49,265 nucleotides of DNA from a bacterium (lineage in GTDB: Bacteria > Zhuqueibacterota > Zhuqueibacteria > Oceanimicrobiales > Oceanimicrobiaceae): contig JBHHXT010000015.1 of assembly GCA_046757165.1 (NCBI GenBank), positions 1 through 49,265 of the forward strand, written 5' to 3'. The notes beneath the pieces are model-generated. The model did no database searches. It saw only the letters and a list, made by a program, of their open reading frames with translations, and was not told the DNA's origin. This document shows positions 19,651 through 28,652 of this stretch, piece by piece. The translations under genes were made by a program, and so were the position numbers. The first letter of the stretch is position 1; every line of letters starts with the position of its first letter.

Positions 19651-21441
19651 TCAAGCCACGGACCTTTGCTCTTGACACGCGTACTGCAATTGGTAGAGTT
19701 TGTAGTAGATCCCTTGCTGCGCCAGAAGCTCCTGGTGTGTGCCGACTTCCCGAATTTGCCCTTTGTGCAAAACCATGATGCGGTCCGCATTCTGAATAGT
19801 TGACAGGCGGTGCGCAACTACCAGCGAAGTACGATTCAACATCAACCGCTCCATGGCGTCTTGAATAAGCAGCTCGGTCTCGGTGTCGACGCTGGACGTG
19901 GCTTCGTCCAGAATGAGCACGGGCGGGTCGTAGGCAAGGGCACGGGCGAAAGAGAGAAGCTGGCGCTGACCAACAGATAATCCTTTGCCGCGCTCGAGGA
20001 CCGAGTGCTCATACTGGCCCGGCAGTCTGAGGATGAATTGCTCCGCGTGCACGGTCCTGGCCGCCTGAACCAGTCTTTCGTCGGGAATGGCTCTGTTGTC
20101 CATACGAATGTTATGCGCCACAGTACCGTCAAAGATGAAGACGTCTTGCAGAACCATTCCAAAGCACTCGCGTAGCTCCATGGGATTGCATTCCTTGATG
20201 TCCATGCCATCGACCAGAATCTGACCCTGGTTGACTTCATAGAATCGCAGCAGGAGATTCATGATGGAGGTCTTGCCGGCACCCGTTGCGCCAACGAAGG
20301 CCACTTTCTCGCCAGGCTGAACATGGAACGAAATGTCCTTCAAGACGTACTCCTCATTCTTATAAGCAAACCAGACATGGCGGAACTCAATCTCTCCCCG
20401 GAACTTGCGCCCCGTCCGTAGAGGCAGTTCAAACCCGGGCTCCGGCTCTTTATCCAGCAGGCTGAAAATACGCTCAGACGAGGCCATGGCGGATTGCATA
20501 ATGTTGTACTTCTCTGATAAGTCCATGATGGGGCGGAAAAACATTTCAGCGTACTGAATGAAGGCGACCAGGGCGCCGAACGTCAGCGTACCCTGGATAA
20601 TTCGTCCGCCACCGTGCCAAATGATCAGGCCGATGGCCAGCGCACTGATGATCTTCACCACCGGATAGAATGTGGCGTAATAGAGAATCGTCTTCAGATA
20701 TGAATCCAGATGGTCGCGGTTGAGCGTGTCAAACCTGGCAAAGTTGCGCCTCTCGCGATTGAACAACTGCACGACCGACATCCCGGTGATGTTCTCCTGC
20801 AGAAAAGAATTGATTCTTGCTATGCGTACGCGGATGACGCGATAGATATCCCGCACCAGCTTCTTGAACAAGAAGGTCGCATAAAAAAGCAGCGGCAGCA
20901 CGGAAAATGTCACCAGTGCAAGCTTCAGGTTGAACGCCAGCAGCACAGCGACAATGCCGAGCAACTTAAAAATATCACCAAAGATGGCGACTGCGCCGGA
21001 AGAAAGCATCTGGTGCAGGCTACCGACATCCGTTGTCACCCGTGTCACAATTCTGCCCACAGGATTACGATCGAAATAGGAAACCGGTAGTGTCTGGATG
21101 TGCGCAAAAATCTGGCTGCGCATGTCGTACATCGCTTTTTGGCCAATCCAGTTGACCAGATAGGTTTGCAGAAACTGGAAGAGGAATTCCAGGATCAGCA
21201 CACCGCCGTAGATGATGCAGATGAAAGTCAACCCATGGTAATCGCTTTTCGAAATGTGGTCGTCTATGCCGATCTTTGTAAGAAAAGGTCCGGCCAGATG
21301 GGCCATCGAAGCGATCAGAAGCGTGAAAACAGACAGGACGATCTGGAATTTGTACGGTTTGAGAAAAGAGAGCAACCGCTTCATTAAGCGGCTGTCATAA
21401 GCCTTTCCCAGAACTTCTTCAGCGTGAATATCTTGACTCAA
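19651..21441 (-). CDS. Heterodimeric ABC exporter subunit (MdlB/YheH-like)
   Basis: Transmembrane domain plus GATGAGKT, LSVGQRQ, ILDEATSSVD and AHRLST. Confidence 0.93.
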   Translation of the reverse strand: MSQDIHAEEVLGKAYDSRLMKRLLSFLKPYKFQIVLSVFTLLIASMAHLAGPFLTKIGIDDHISKSDYHGLTFICIIYGGVLILEFLFQFLQTYLVNWIGQKAMYDMRSQIFAHIQTLPVSYFDRNPVGRIVTRVTTDVGSLHQMLSSGAVAIFGDIFKLLGIVAVLLAFNLKLALVTFSVLPLLFYATFLFKKLVRDIYRVIRVRIARINSFLQENITGMSVVQLFNRERRNFARFDTLNRDHLDSYLKTILYYATFYPVVKIISALAIGLIIWHGGGRIIQGTLTFGALVAFIQYAEMFFRPIMDLSEKYNIMQSAMASSERIFSLLDKEPEPGFELPLRTGRKFRGEIEFRHVWFAYKNEEYVLKDISFHVQPGEKVAFVGATGAGKTSIMNLLLRFYEVNQGQILVDGMDIKECNPMELRECFGMVLQDVFIFDGTVAHNIRMDNRAIPDERLVQAARTVHAEQFILRLPGQYEHSVLERGKGLSVGQRQLLSFARALAYDPPVLILDEATSSVDTETELLIQDAMERLMLNRTSLVVAHRLSTIQNADRIMVLHKGQIREVGTHQELLAQQGIYYKLYQLQYACQEQRSVA

Positions 21442-21485
21442 GATAACTCCTGATTCTCAAGGGATTGTGGCTCGTCTTCGTTTAG

Positions 21486-23222
21486 TTAGAAAGCTTGCAA
21501 AGCCTCTTCCAATAGTTGCTTTTCGTAGAGCTCCGCGTACATCCCACCGAGTGAGAGCAACTCGCCATGGGTTCCTTGCTCCCGGATTTTCCCCTCTGCC
21601 AGGACGATGATCAAGTCAGCATCCCTGACAGTGGAAATGCGGTGCGAAACGATAAGGCTTGTGCGCTGCTGCATCACCTGTCGCAGGTGCCCCAAAATCG
21701 CTTCTTCGGTGTAAGTGTCGACGGCGGAGAGCGAATCATCCAAGATCAGAATTTTGGGCCTCCGCATGACAGCTCGGGCGATGGCCGTGCGCTGCTTCTG
21801 GCCACCGGAGAGGTTGATACCGCGCTCACCTAATATGGTTTCGAAGCCTTTGGGCAGCTCCTGAATATCCTTGCGGATTTGGGCGATTTCAGCCGCCTGC
21901 TCGATCTCCTGCCGCGACTCGTCCTCCACGCCGAAAGCGATATTTGCACCCAACGTTTCCGAGAAGAGAAATGTTTCCTGCGGCACATAGCCGATATTCC
22001 GGCGCAGAATCTGGATGGGAATCTCACGAATATCAACCCCGTCGACCAGGACCTGCCCGGCTGAGGCTTCAATCAAACGGGGAATGTGATTGATCAACGT
22101 GGATTTGCCGCTGCCAGTCGGACCGACGATTGCGAGCGTCATGCCCTTTTCGATCTCGAGATCGATATCGTTGAGCACTGGCCGGCCGTTATAGGCGAAA
22201 CTGACTCCTCGAAACTCGATGTGACCTTCGAGGTCGCCAATGCTTGACAGGGTGCGGGCATTATCTTTTATCTCCGGCTCCATTTCAAGAATCCGGTTCA
22301 GCCGTGCCATGGAGGCAATGCCCTGCTGCACGAGATTGATGACCCAGCCCAGCGCGATCATCGGCCAGCTTAGCATGCTCAAGTAGGCAAAAAACGCCAC
22401 AAACTCGCCCAGGGAAATCTCGCCCGCAATCACCTTGCGACCGCCATACCAGAGCACAATCAAGGCCCCGATGCCGATCAGCAGCGTCATGGCTGCATAC
22501 ATCACCCCTCTGAACTTGACCATGCTCAGGTTCTTGTCGACAAAATCGCGGTTCAACAGCTTGAAACCGTCGCTCTCGCTGCCCTGGCGCCCGTAGGCTT
22601 TCACAATACGCATGCCGGAAAGGTTGTCCTGCACTTTCGAAGTGATGGCAGCATATTGTGCCTGGATTTCCCGGTGGGCCTGGTTCAGACGGCGAGCCAA
22701 CTGCTGCACCACAACGGCCATGACCGGGAACGGTAGCATGGCCAGCAGGGTCAGCTTGACATTGATGTAGAGCATCAAGCCGAAGGCCCCCATCGAAATC
22801 AAGGTGTTGAGCGAGTACATGATCGCCGGGCCAACCACCTGGCGCACGGCCTCCAGGTCGTTGGTGCCACGCGCCATCAAATCCCCGGTCTTGACACGAT
22901 GATAAAAAGACTGGGAAAGCTTTTGCAGGTGGGAAAAAAAGTCATTCCTCAAGTCATACTCTATCTTACGGGATACACTGACAATGGTCTTGCGCATCAA
23001 AAACCGGAAGATGCCCTCCACCAGAGCAATGCTGACGATGAGCCCGCCATATTTGAGCAGACTCCTTGTCGTGATTTCCAATTTCAGGGAATCGATCGCA
23101 TTCTTGAGCACCCACGGCGCGAGCAAAGCAAAGCAGTTCGTCAGGATGACGAAGAGGCACCCGACGAGCATCGGGCGCTTATAGCGCAACAGGTATGTTT
23201 TCAGACGTCCTAATTCTCGAAT
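21486..23222 (-). CDS. Heterodimeric ABC exporter subunit (MdlA/YheI-like), probable ATT start
   Basis: GPTGSGKS, LSGGQKQR and degenerate Walker B ILDDS; frame open to ATT 23222, 7 nt behind AAGGAG (tracked TTG 23189 is the alternative). Confidence 0.9.
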   Translation of the reverse strand: MRELGRLKTYLLRYKRPMLVGCLFVILTNCFALLAPWVLKNAIDSLKLEITTRSLLKYGGLIVSIALVEGIFRFLMRKTIVSVSRKIEYDLRNDFFSHLQKLSQSFYHRVKTGDLMARGTNDLEAVRQVVGPAIMYSLNTLISMGAFGLMLYINVKLTLLAMLPFPVMAVVVQQLARRLNQAHREIQAQYAAITSKVQDNLSGMRIVKAYGRQGSESDGFKLLNRDFVDKNLSMVKFRGVMYAAMTLLIGIGALIVLWYGGRKVIAGEISLGEFVAFFAYLSMLSWPMIALGWVINLVQQGIASMARLNRILEMEPEIKDNARTLSSIGDLEGHIEFRGVSFAYNGRPVLNDIDLEIEKGMTLAIVGPTGSGKSTLINHIPRLIEASAGQVLVDGVDIREIPIQILRRNIGYVPQETFLFSETLGANIAFGVEDESRQEIEQAAEIAQIRKDIQELPKGFETILGERGINLSGGQKQRTAIARAVMRRPKILILDDSLSAVDTYTEEAILGHLRQVMQQRTSLIVSHRISTVRDADLIIVLAEGKIREQGTHGELLSLGGMYAELYEKQLLEEALQAF

Positions 23223-23315
23223 GACCGGACTCCTTGCGTTGGTGGTGTGTGCACAGCAGCGCTGCTGCCATAGAAATTAGCATTTGAAATCCACGTAACT
23301 GGATGAACTAGAGGA

Positions 23316-23407
23316 GCTGTCCCAAAAGTCCTCAAGAGATGTCATTGCGAGTCCCGCGTCTTTTGCGGCACTCGCAATGACATGCTACTACCTTTTTTGG
23401 GGACAGC
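23316..23407. repeat. Nested palindromic element
   Basis: Outer GCTGTCCCAAAA / TTTTGGGGACAGC and inner TGTCATTGCGAGT / ACTCGCAATGACA inverted repeats. Confidence 0.6.
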
Positions 23408-23489
23408 GCCATATCCTGCAAAAAACACCCAATCATCGCCTCATCATATGAACCCTCGGTTGATTCCGCAGGAACAAAACCACAAGACA

Positions 23490-24323
23490 TCAGGCGCGGT
23501 GCGATGGTTTCGACGCTCCGGTACTCGTCCGCCGCGCCCGTTTGGAAGACTGTCGTTTGGACTTCTGTGAGCCACGGCCAGATGTGAGAGCGCTCGAATG
23601 TTGCCGGATGAAATCAAGGATTTCTTGTCGAACTTGCTCTTTTTCGACATCTACCGTAATAACATGATAGGAGCGCTCAAGGTCGACTTTGCGCTTCTCT
23701 GCTGAGATCACAGAGTTGAAAATGAGATCTGCGTTCTGAAATGCAACCGTATGGTCTTGTCTCGAATGGATGACCAGAAGTGGCTGCTCGATCTCCGGTA
23801 AGTCAGCGAGTACATGGTCGGTCAGTTGGAAGAGTTGCTCGACGGCGGCATAGGGGTAGCGACGATAACTCCCCAGCTTCGCTTTCGCGGCGACATCCCG
23901 GACATCCTCTCCATGTTTCTTCCGGCGGTATTTCCGAAGATGTTTGATGTACTTGACGGCGGGTTTCCGCCAGCCCGGAAAAACCACCGGCGCCGCGAGC
24001 GCGATCAAGCCCTCGACCGGTTTGTGCGCAGCCAGGTGGAGCGCTAACGTGCCCCCCATGGACAATCCGCACACGAAAACCTCCCGCGAGCTTGATGCCA
24101 GGTGATGATAAGCTGTTTTCACATGATCAAACCAGTCCCGCCAGCCAAAATTGAACATATCCCCTGAATGCGTCCCATGACCTGGGAGGGTCGGCGTCAG
24201 CACGGTGATGTCATGATCGCCGAGAAATGCGCCCAGGTCGACAAACTCGTTCGGGCTGCCTGTGAAGCCATGAATGAGCAAACACCCAACCGGGCCTTTT
24301 TTGTGAAGAATCTCCTCTGGCAT
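23490..24323 (-). CDS. Alpha/beta-hydrolase carboxylesterase (Est30/YvaK-like)
   Basis: HGFTGSP, LPGHG, GLSMGG nucleophile elbow, QDHTV and SYHV. Confidence 0.88.
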   Translation of the reverse strand: MPEEILHKKGPVGCLLIHGFTGSPNEFVDLGAFLGDHDITVLTPTLPGHGTHSGDMFNFGWRDWFDHVKTAYHHLASSSREVFVCGLSMGGTLALHLAAHKPVEGLIALAAPVVFPGWRKPAVKYIKHLRKYRRKKHGEDVRDVAAKAKLGSYRRYPYAAVEQLFQLTDHVLADLPEIEQPLLVIHSRQDHTVAFQNADLIFNSVISAEKRKVDLERSYHVITVDVEKEQVRQEILDFIRQHSSALTSGRGSQKSKRQSSKRARRTSTGASKPSHRA

Positions 24324-24346
24324 GCACGCTATCCCTATATTAAATT

Positions 24347-24467
24347 AAAAAATAGGCTGGCGGCCCGGGGTTGTCTCCCAGTGCAGTAAATCCCCGGCCA
24401 CACGGGCGGGTACCTGGCGGGCGCCAGAAAGGAAAATACCCATTAGCCCGGGGTTGCCACCAGCCTA
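24347..24467 (-). ncRNA. Candidate structured RNA or attenuator of unknown family
   Basis: 12-bp closing stem UAGGCUGGUGGC/GCCGCCAGCCUA, internal helices and a 3' U6 tract; wobble pairs favour the minus strand. Confidence 0.4.
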
Positions 24468-24577
24468 ATTCCCAATGCGGCGATGCCGCATCCGACGGCG
24501 TTACTTCTCATTCTCTTGCATTTTTTTGCCAATCCTGAGAAGTAGCGCATAGATTCCTGGTCTTCTCTATCGACATA

Positions 24578-24605
24578 AATATAGGGCTTTTCGGACAAAA
24601 ATCAA
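24578..24605 (-). promoter_or_regulatory. sigma70-type promoter facing the structured RNA and esterase
   Basis: TTGATT-N16-TATATT. Confidence 0.45.
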
Positions 24606-24682
24606 CCCTTTTAGATCAAAATGATGGGCATGACCACACAGTCGAATCCAGAACAAAATTCCACAAAAAGCTTAGAATTCTC

Positions 24683-24711
24683 TTGACTTTAGCACCGAAA
24701 TGGACTATATT
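24683..24711 (+). promoter_or_regulatory. dcw (mraZ) promoter
   Basis: TTGACT-N17-TATATT. Confidence 0.75.
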
Positions 24712-24745
24712 GGGGTATTGTGGGATGAAATGGGAAGAATTGGGT
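24711..24745 (+). promoter_or_regulatory. MraZ operator (four TGGGN repeats)
   Basis: TGGGG, TGGGA, TGGGA and TGGGT at exact 10-nt spacing, matching known MraZ boxes. Confidence 0.8.
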
Positions 24746-24774
24746 CTCACCCATCTAGGCGTTTCGGGCTTTTT

Positions 24775-25221
24775 ATGGAGTACTTCCTCGGCACATACGA
24801 TTATACGATCGACGACCACAATCGGTTGAATATTCCGGCAAAGTTTCGAAAGGTCATGAGCCGGCTAGAGGAAAGCAACTTCATTATTTCCAAGGAACAA
24901 GACGACCATTTGACCGTGTACCCCTACAAATTCTGGAAAACGCAAATCGGAGACAAGATCGTTGCTTTGCCACACAGCGATCCGAAAGCGAACCGGTTAA
25001 GACGACTTCTTGGCATCAAGACCACGGAGGTTGCCCTCGACAAACAAGGAAGGGTCAATATTCCTGCCGACTACTGCAATCACGCCGGAATCGAAAAAAA
25101 CGTTAGGATAATCGGCTCCGTTGATACGATACAACTGTGGAATCCTGATACCTACGACCAAATTTCCCGAGTTGCTGAAGAACAATCACTCATTGAGGAA
25201 TACCAGGCCTTTGGCATTTAA
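24775..25221 (+). CDS. mraZ: Division/cell wall cluster repressor MraZ
   Basis: FLGTYDYTIDDHNRLNIPAKFR and LDKQGRVNIP repeats; start set downstream of the promoter. Confidence 0.93.
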   Translation: MEYFLGTYDYTIDDHNRLNIPAKFRKVMSRLEESNFIISKEQDDHLTVYPYKFWKTQIGDKIVALPHSDPKANRLRRLLGIKTTEVALDKQGRVNIPADYCNHAGIEKNVRIIGSVDTIQLWNPDTYDQISRVAEEQSLIEEYQAFGI

Positions 25222-25235
25222 TCGCTGAGTAGGTT

Positions 25236-26159
25236 ATGTATCATGAACCTGTTCTGCTCCAAAAGGTTGCCGAATTCTTAATCCACGACCGAAACGGTAT
25301 TTATCTTGACGGCACGCTGGGAGGCGGCGGCCACGCGGAGAGCATACTCGAGCATCTGAGTCTGAAGGCTCAGCTCATCGGTCTCGACCTCGACACAGAA
25401 GCCACGCGCTTTGCCGGAGACCGACTGCTGCGATTTGGGAAACGGGTCCATATCGAGAATTGCAATTTCAAGGATTTCGAACAGGTGCTAAGGCAGTTGA
25501 ACATCAGTCGCTTAGATGGCATTCTTCTGGATCTCGGGCTTTCGTCGCACCAGATCGATACGGCAGACCGTGGCTTTAGCTACAGTCTGGCTGGCCGACT
25601 GGATATGCGAATGGACTCGAGCCAGGGGTTGACGGCTGAAGCGGTCGTCAATACCTATTCCGAGGGAACGCTCGCCAGCATTTTCAGAGATTATGGCGAG
25701 GAGCGGCGTGCAAGAGCCATTGCCAGAGCAATAAGAAGAGAACGGGAAAAATCTCGAATTGTTACGACCCTGCAGTTGCGGCAGATTGTCTCCAGGGTAC
25801 TCCCGCCGCAATTCAGGGTGAAATCGCTGGCACGCGTTTTTCAGGCACTGAGGATTGCGGTCAATGAAGAGCTGAGCAATCTCAACCACTTTTTGGAGAA
25901 GAGCTCGACTTATCTGAAACCAGGAGGCCGCATCGTGGTCATTGCCTATCACTCCCTGGAAGACCGGGCCGTGAAGACGTTTTTTAGACAGCAGGCGGCG
26001 GCTTGTGTTTGTCCACCCGAGCTCCCTGTTTGCATTTGTGGCCAAAAGAGCCGACTGAAGATCTTGACGCGGCGGCCTGTGCGGCCTCAAGAAGAGGAAA
26101 TCAATCGCAATCCACGCAGCCGGAGCGCCAGGTTGCGCGCTGCGGAAGTGATAAGATAA
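25236..26159 (+). CDS. rsmH: 16S rRNA m4C1402 methyltransferase
   Basis: HEPVLL, DGTLGGGGHA, LDMRMD, FQALRIAVNEEL, HSLEDR and NPRSRSA motifs. Confidence 0.97.
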   Translation: MYHEPVLLQKVAEFLIHDRNGIYLDGTLGGGGHAESILEHLSLKAQLIGLDLDTEATRFAGDRLLRFGKRVHIENCNFKDFEQVLRQLNISRLDGILLDLGLSSHQIDTADRGFSYSLAGRLDMRMDSSQGLTAEAVVNTYSEGTLASIFRDYGEERRARAIARAIRREREKSRIVTTLQLRQIVSRVLPPQFRVKSLARVFQALRIAVNEELSNLNHFLEKSSTYLKPGGRIVVIAYHSLEDRAVKTFFRQQAAACVCPPELPVCICGQKSRLKILTRRPVRPQEEEINRNPRSRSARLRAAEVIR

Positions 26160-26176
26160 CCGAGTGGCAGAATTTG

Positions 26177-26506
26177 ATGGCACGACACGCTCACATTCCC
26201 GTCATCAAGAACCGGGGGCTTGTATTAGAGAAAAAGAGAAAGCCTCTCCTGCCACGAAAACTGGGCTGGCTGGTGGTGGTTTTCGCTTTGATGCTGCTTT
26301 ACGTTTGGCTGAAGGTGGAAACGAATCTGCATCTGGCTGAAATCAGAAGCCTGGAAACCCGGTTAGATGAGAATCTGCAAGAAACTGAAAAGTTGCAGGC
26401 AGAGGTCGTGAGACTCTCGAGTTTTGACCGGATTCAAACAATCGCACAATCGATAGGATTGACATTTCTTCCCAATGAGCAAATCGTTGAGATATCCACG
26501 GAATAG
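26177..26506 (+). CDS. ftsL: Cell division protein FtsL-like
   Basis: Basic N-terminus, one TM segment and a coiled coil ending LSSFDRIQTIA; lies between rsmH and ftsI. Confidence 0.8.
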   Translation: MARHAHIPVIKNRGLVLEKKRKPLLPRKLGWLVVVFALMLLYVWLKVETNLHLAEIRSLETRLDENLQETEKLQAEVVRLSSFDRIQTIAQSIGLTFLPNEQIVEISTE

Positions 26507-26507
26507 G

Positions 26508-28649
26508 ATGCCGTCCATTCCAAAGAAGACTGTCTTGCGCTCCGGCTCGCTGGAAAGATATTGGCGCGTCTACGTGGTGCAGTTCGGGTTGTACTTCTCT
26601 TTTGCTGGCATCTGCGGGCGATTGCTTCAGATTCAAGTCATGAACCATGAAAAATACCAGCAAATGGCCGCGGAGCAGTACACCTATGAATCGACGCAAA
26701 AAGCGCCGCGCGGGCTCATTTATGACCGCACCGGTATCACAATTGCATTCAACAAGCTGAGATATGATTTGGGGGTCTACACGCGGGCGGTGGATGATCA
26801 CGAGCGGCTGGCTGAAAAATTGGCTGGCCTTCTATCGCTAAGCACCGACACGATCCTGGGCAAGTTGAAAAACGTTTCATCTTATACCCTTATCCAGCGC
26901 GGACTGGACGAAGAGCAGGCGAAAATCATCGATGTGCTCAAGCTGCCCGGCGTTACCATCAGCAGAGCGAACGACAGGATGTACCCCTTTGACGAAAAGC
27001 TGGCTCAGGTCATCGGATTCTCGGATATCGATGGCGTGGGCATCAGCGGTATCGAGCTCCAATTTGACGAGCTTCTCAAAGGCAACGATGGCTGGATGCT
27101 TTTGCAGAGAGATGCCAAAGGTAAAAAAATCATGCCGATCGCAGCGCAGACCAAAGCCAGTCAGAGCGGCGCCAACATCGTTCTGACGATTGACCAGGTC
27201 CTGCAAGCGATCGTCGAAAACGAGCTCACGCGGGCCGTTGAGAGATTCAACGCCAGGGGCGGTACCGCCATCATCACCAATCCAGGGACAGGAGAGATTC
27301 TGGCCATGGCGTCCGCGCCGGGATTCGATGCAAACGAGGCGAAGAGGCGACCGGAAGCCTGGCGCATTCGGGCCATTACTGACATTTTCGAGCCCGGGTC
27401 AACCTTCAAAATCGTCACCATGATGGTGGCGCTCTCAGACAGTATCATGAACACGGAAGATATCGTTTTTTGTGAGAATGGCACGCTCGAGTTGTTTGGC
27501 GAGACAATCAACGATCCGAAGAGCCACGGCTGGCTTTCCTTCAAGAATGTTTTTAAATACTCCAGCAACATTGGCACAGCCAAGATCGCACTAAAAATTG
27601 GCAGAGAAAGGCTGTTCGAGGCGGCCAGGGACTTTGGTTTCGGCACCCAGACCGGCATCGAACTCCCGGGCGAAGTGGCGGGGATCCTCAAAAAGCCATC
27701 GCAGTGGTCGAGGTTCAGCGTGGCGGCCATTTCCTACGGACATGAGATTGCGGTGACCGCGCTGCAAATGGCCATGGCATACGGCGCCGTCGCCAATGGC
27801 GGCATGCTCATGAGACCGACTATCGTCAAAGAAATTCATGATCGTGACGGCAAGATCCTCTTTGAATCCGGGCCGCAAGTTATCCGGCACGTGATGACGC
27901 CGAGAGTCGCGCAGCAAATGACCGACATCCTTGTGGAAGTCGTCGAGCAGGGCACCGGAAAAATGGCCAGGATCGAGGGGGTCAGTCTCGCCGGCAAGAC
28001 CGGCACGGCGCAAAAACCAAAGGTCGGCAAGATTGGCTACTCCAAATCCAAATATGTGGCCTCCTTTGTCGGCTTCACCCCTGCCGAGCAGGCGCAGCTT
28101 TTGATCTATGTTGCGATCGATGAACCGTATCCGGTGCACGGCGGCGGCAGCGTAGCCGCACCCGTGGTGCGAAACATCCTGCAACGCATCATCAAGATTC
28201 CCGGCAAAGCAGCACCGCACAAACGCACGCGACCAGACGACCAGCACATGGCCGAGAATCAGGTGATTCCTGACATCGCGGGGCATGACCTTGTCACCGC
28301 AGAGCGCATTCTGGACGAGCTCGATATTGCATATGAGATTCAAGGGGAGGGCGCCATCATCCAAAGCCAGCTTACCACCAATGCGCCCGGCAAGGGGGGC
28401 AGGCTAAAGGTCTTGCTGATACTCGGCCCCGACGAAACTCAATCAGAATATGCCGTGATGCCGAATCTCGTTGGCCTTTCGCTGCGCAAGGCGATTGTCG
28501 AGCTTTCGGGACGAGGGCTGCAAGCCAAGGTGCTCGGCAGCGGTCAGGTTGTCAAGCAACAGCCGGGAAAAGGGGCAAAAATCAGAGTTGGCGCACGCTG
28601 CTATCTGCAGTGCCGCCCACGTTTCTCCGTGAAACTCCTGGGCAACTGA
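26508..28649 (+). CDS. ftsI: Division transpeptidase FtsI/PBP3 with C-terminal PASTA domain(s)
   Basis: RGLIYDR, EPGSTFK (SxxK), SSN, KTGTAQ and MPNLVGLSLR PASTA motif. Confidence 0.92.
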   Translation: MPSIPKKTVLRSGSLERYWRVYVVQFGLYFSFAGICGRLLQIQVMNHEKYQQMAAEQYTYESTQKAPRGLIYDRTGITIAFNKLRYDLGVYTRAVDDHERLAEKLAGLLSLSTDTILGKLKNVSSYTLIQRGLDEEQAKIIDVLKLPGVTISRANDRMYPFDEKLAQVIGFSDIDGVGISGIELQFDELLKGNDGWMLLQRDAKGKKIMPIAAQTKASQSGANIVLTIDQVLQAIVENELTRAVERFNARGGTAIITNPGTGEILAMASAPGFDANEAKRRPEAWRIRAITDIFEPGSTFKIVTMMVALSDSIMNTEDIVFCENGTLELFGETINDPKSHGWLSFKNVFKYSSNIGTAKIALKIGRERLFEAARDFGFGTQTGIELPGEVAGILKKPSQWSRFSVAAISYGHEIAVTALQMAMAYGAVANGGMLMRPTIVKEIHDRDGKILFESGPQVIRHVMTPRVAQQMTDILVEVVEQGTGKMARIEGVSLAGKTGTAQKPKVGKIGYSKSKYVASFVGFTPAEQAQLLIYVAIDEPYPVHGGGSVAAPVVRNILQRIIKIPGKAAPHKRTRPDDQHMAENQVIPDIAGHDLVTAERILDELDIAYEIQGEGAIIQSQLTTNAPGKGGRLKVLLILGPDETQSEYAVMPNLVGLSLRKAIVELSGRGLQAKVLGSGQVVKQQPGKGAKIRVGARCYLQCRPRFSVKLLGN

Positions 28650-28652
28650 TGC

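Noticed and set aside
24353..24467. 5S rRNA, SRP or 6S identity for the structured RNA
   Set aside because: Size, terminal helix and a TACTGCACTGGGAGAC stretch recall 5S, but the conserved CCGAAC loop is missing. There is no SRP GGAA-loop motif, and it is too short and branched for 6S.
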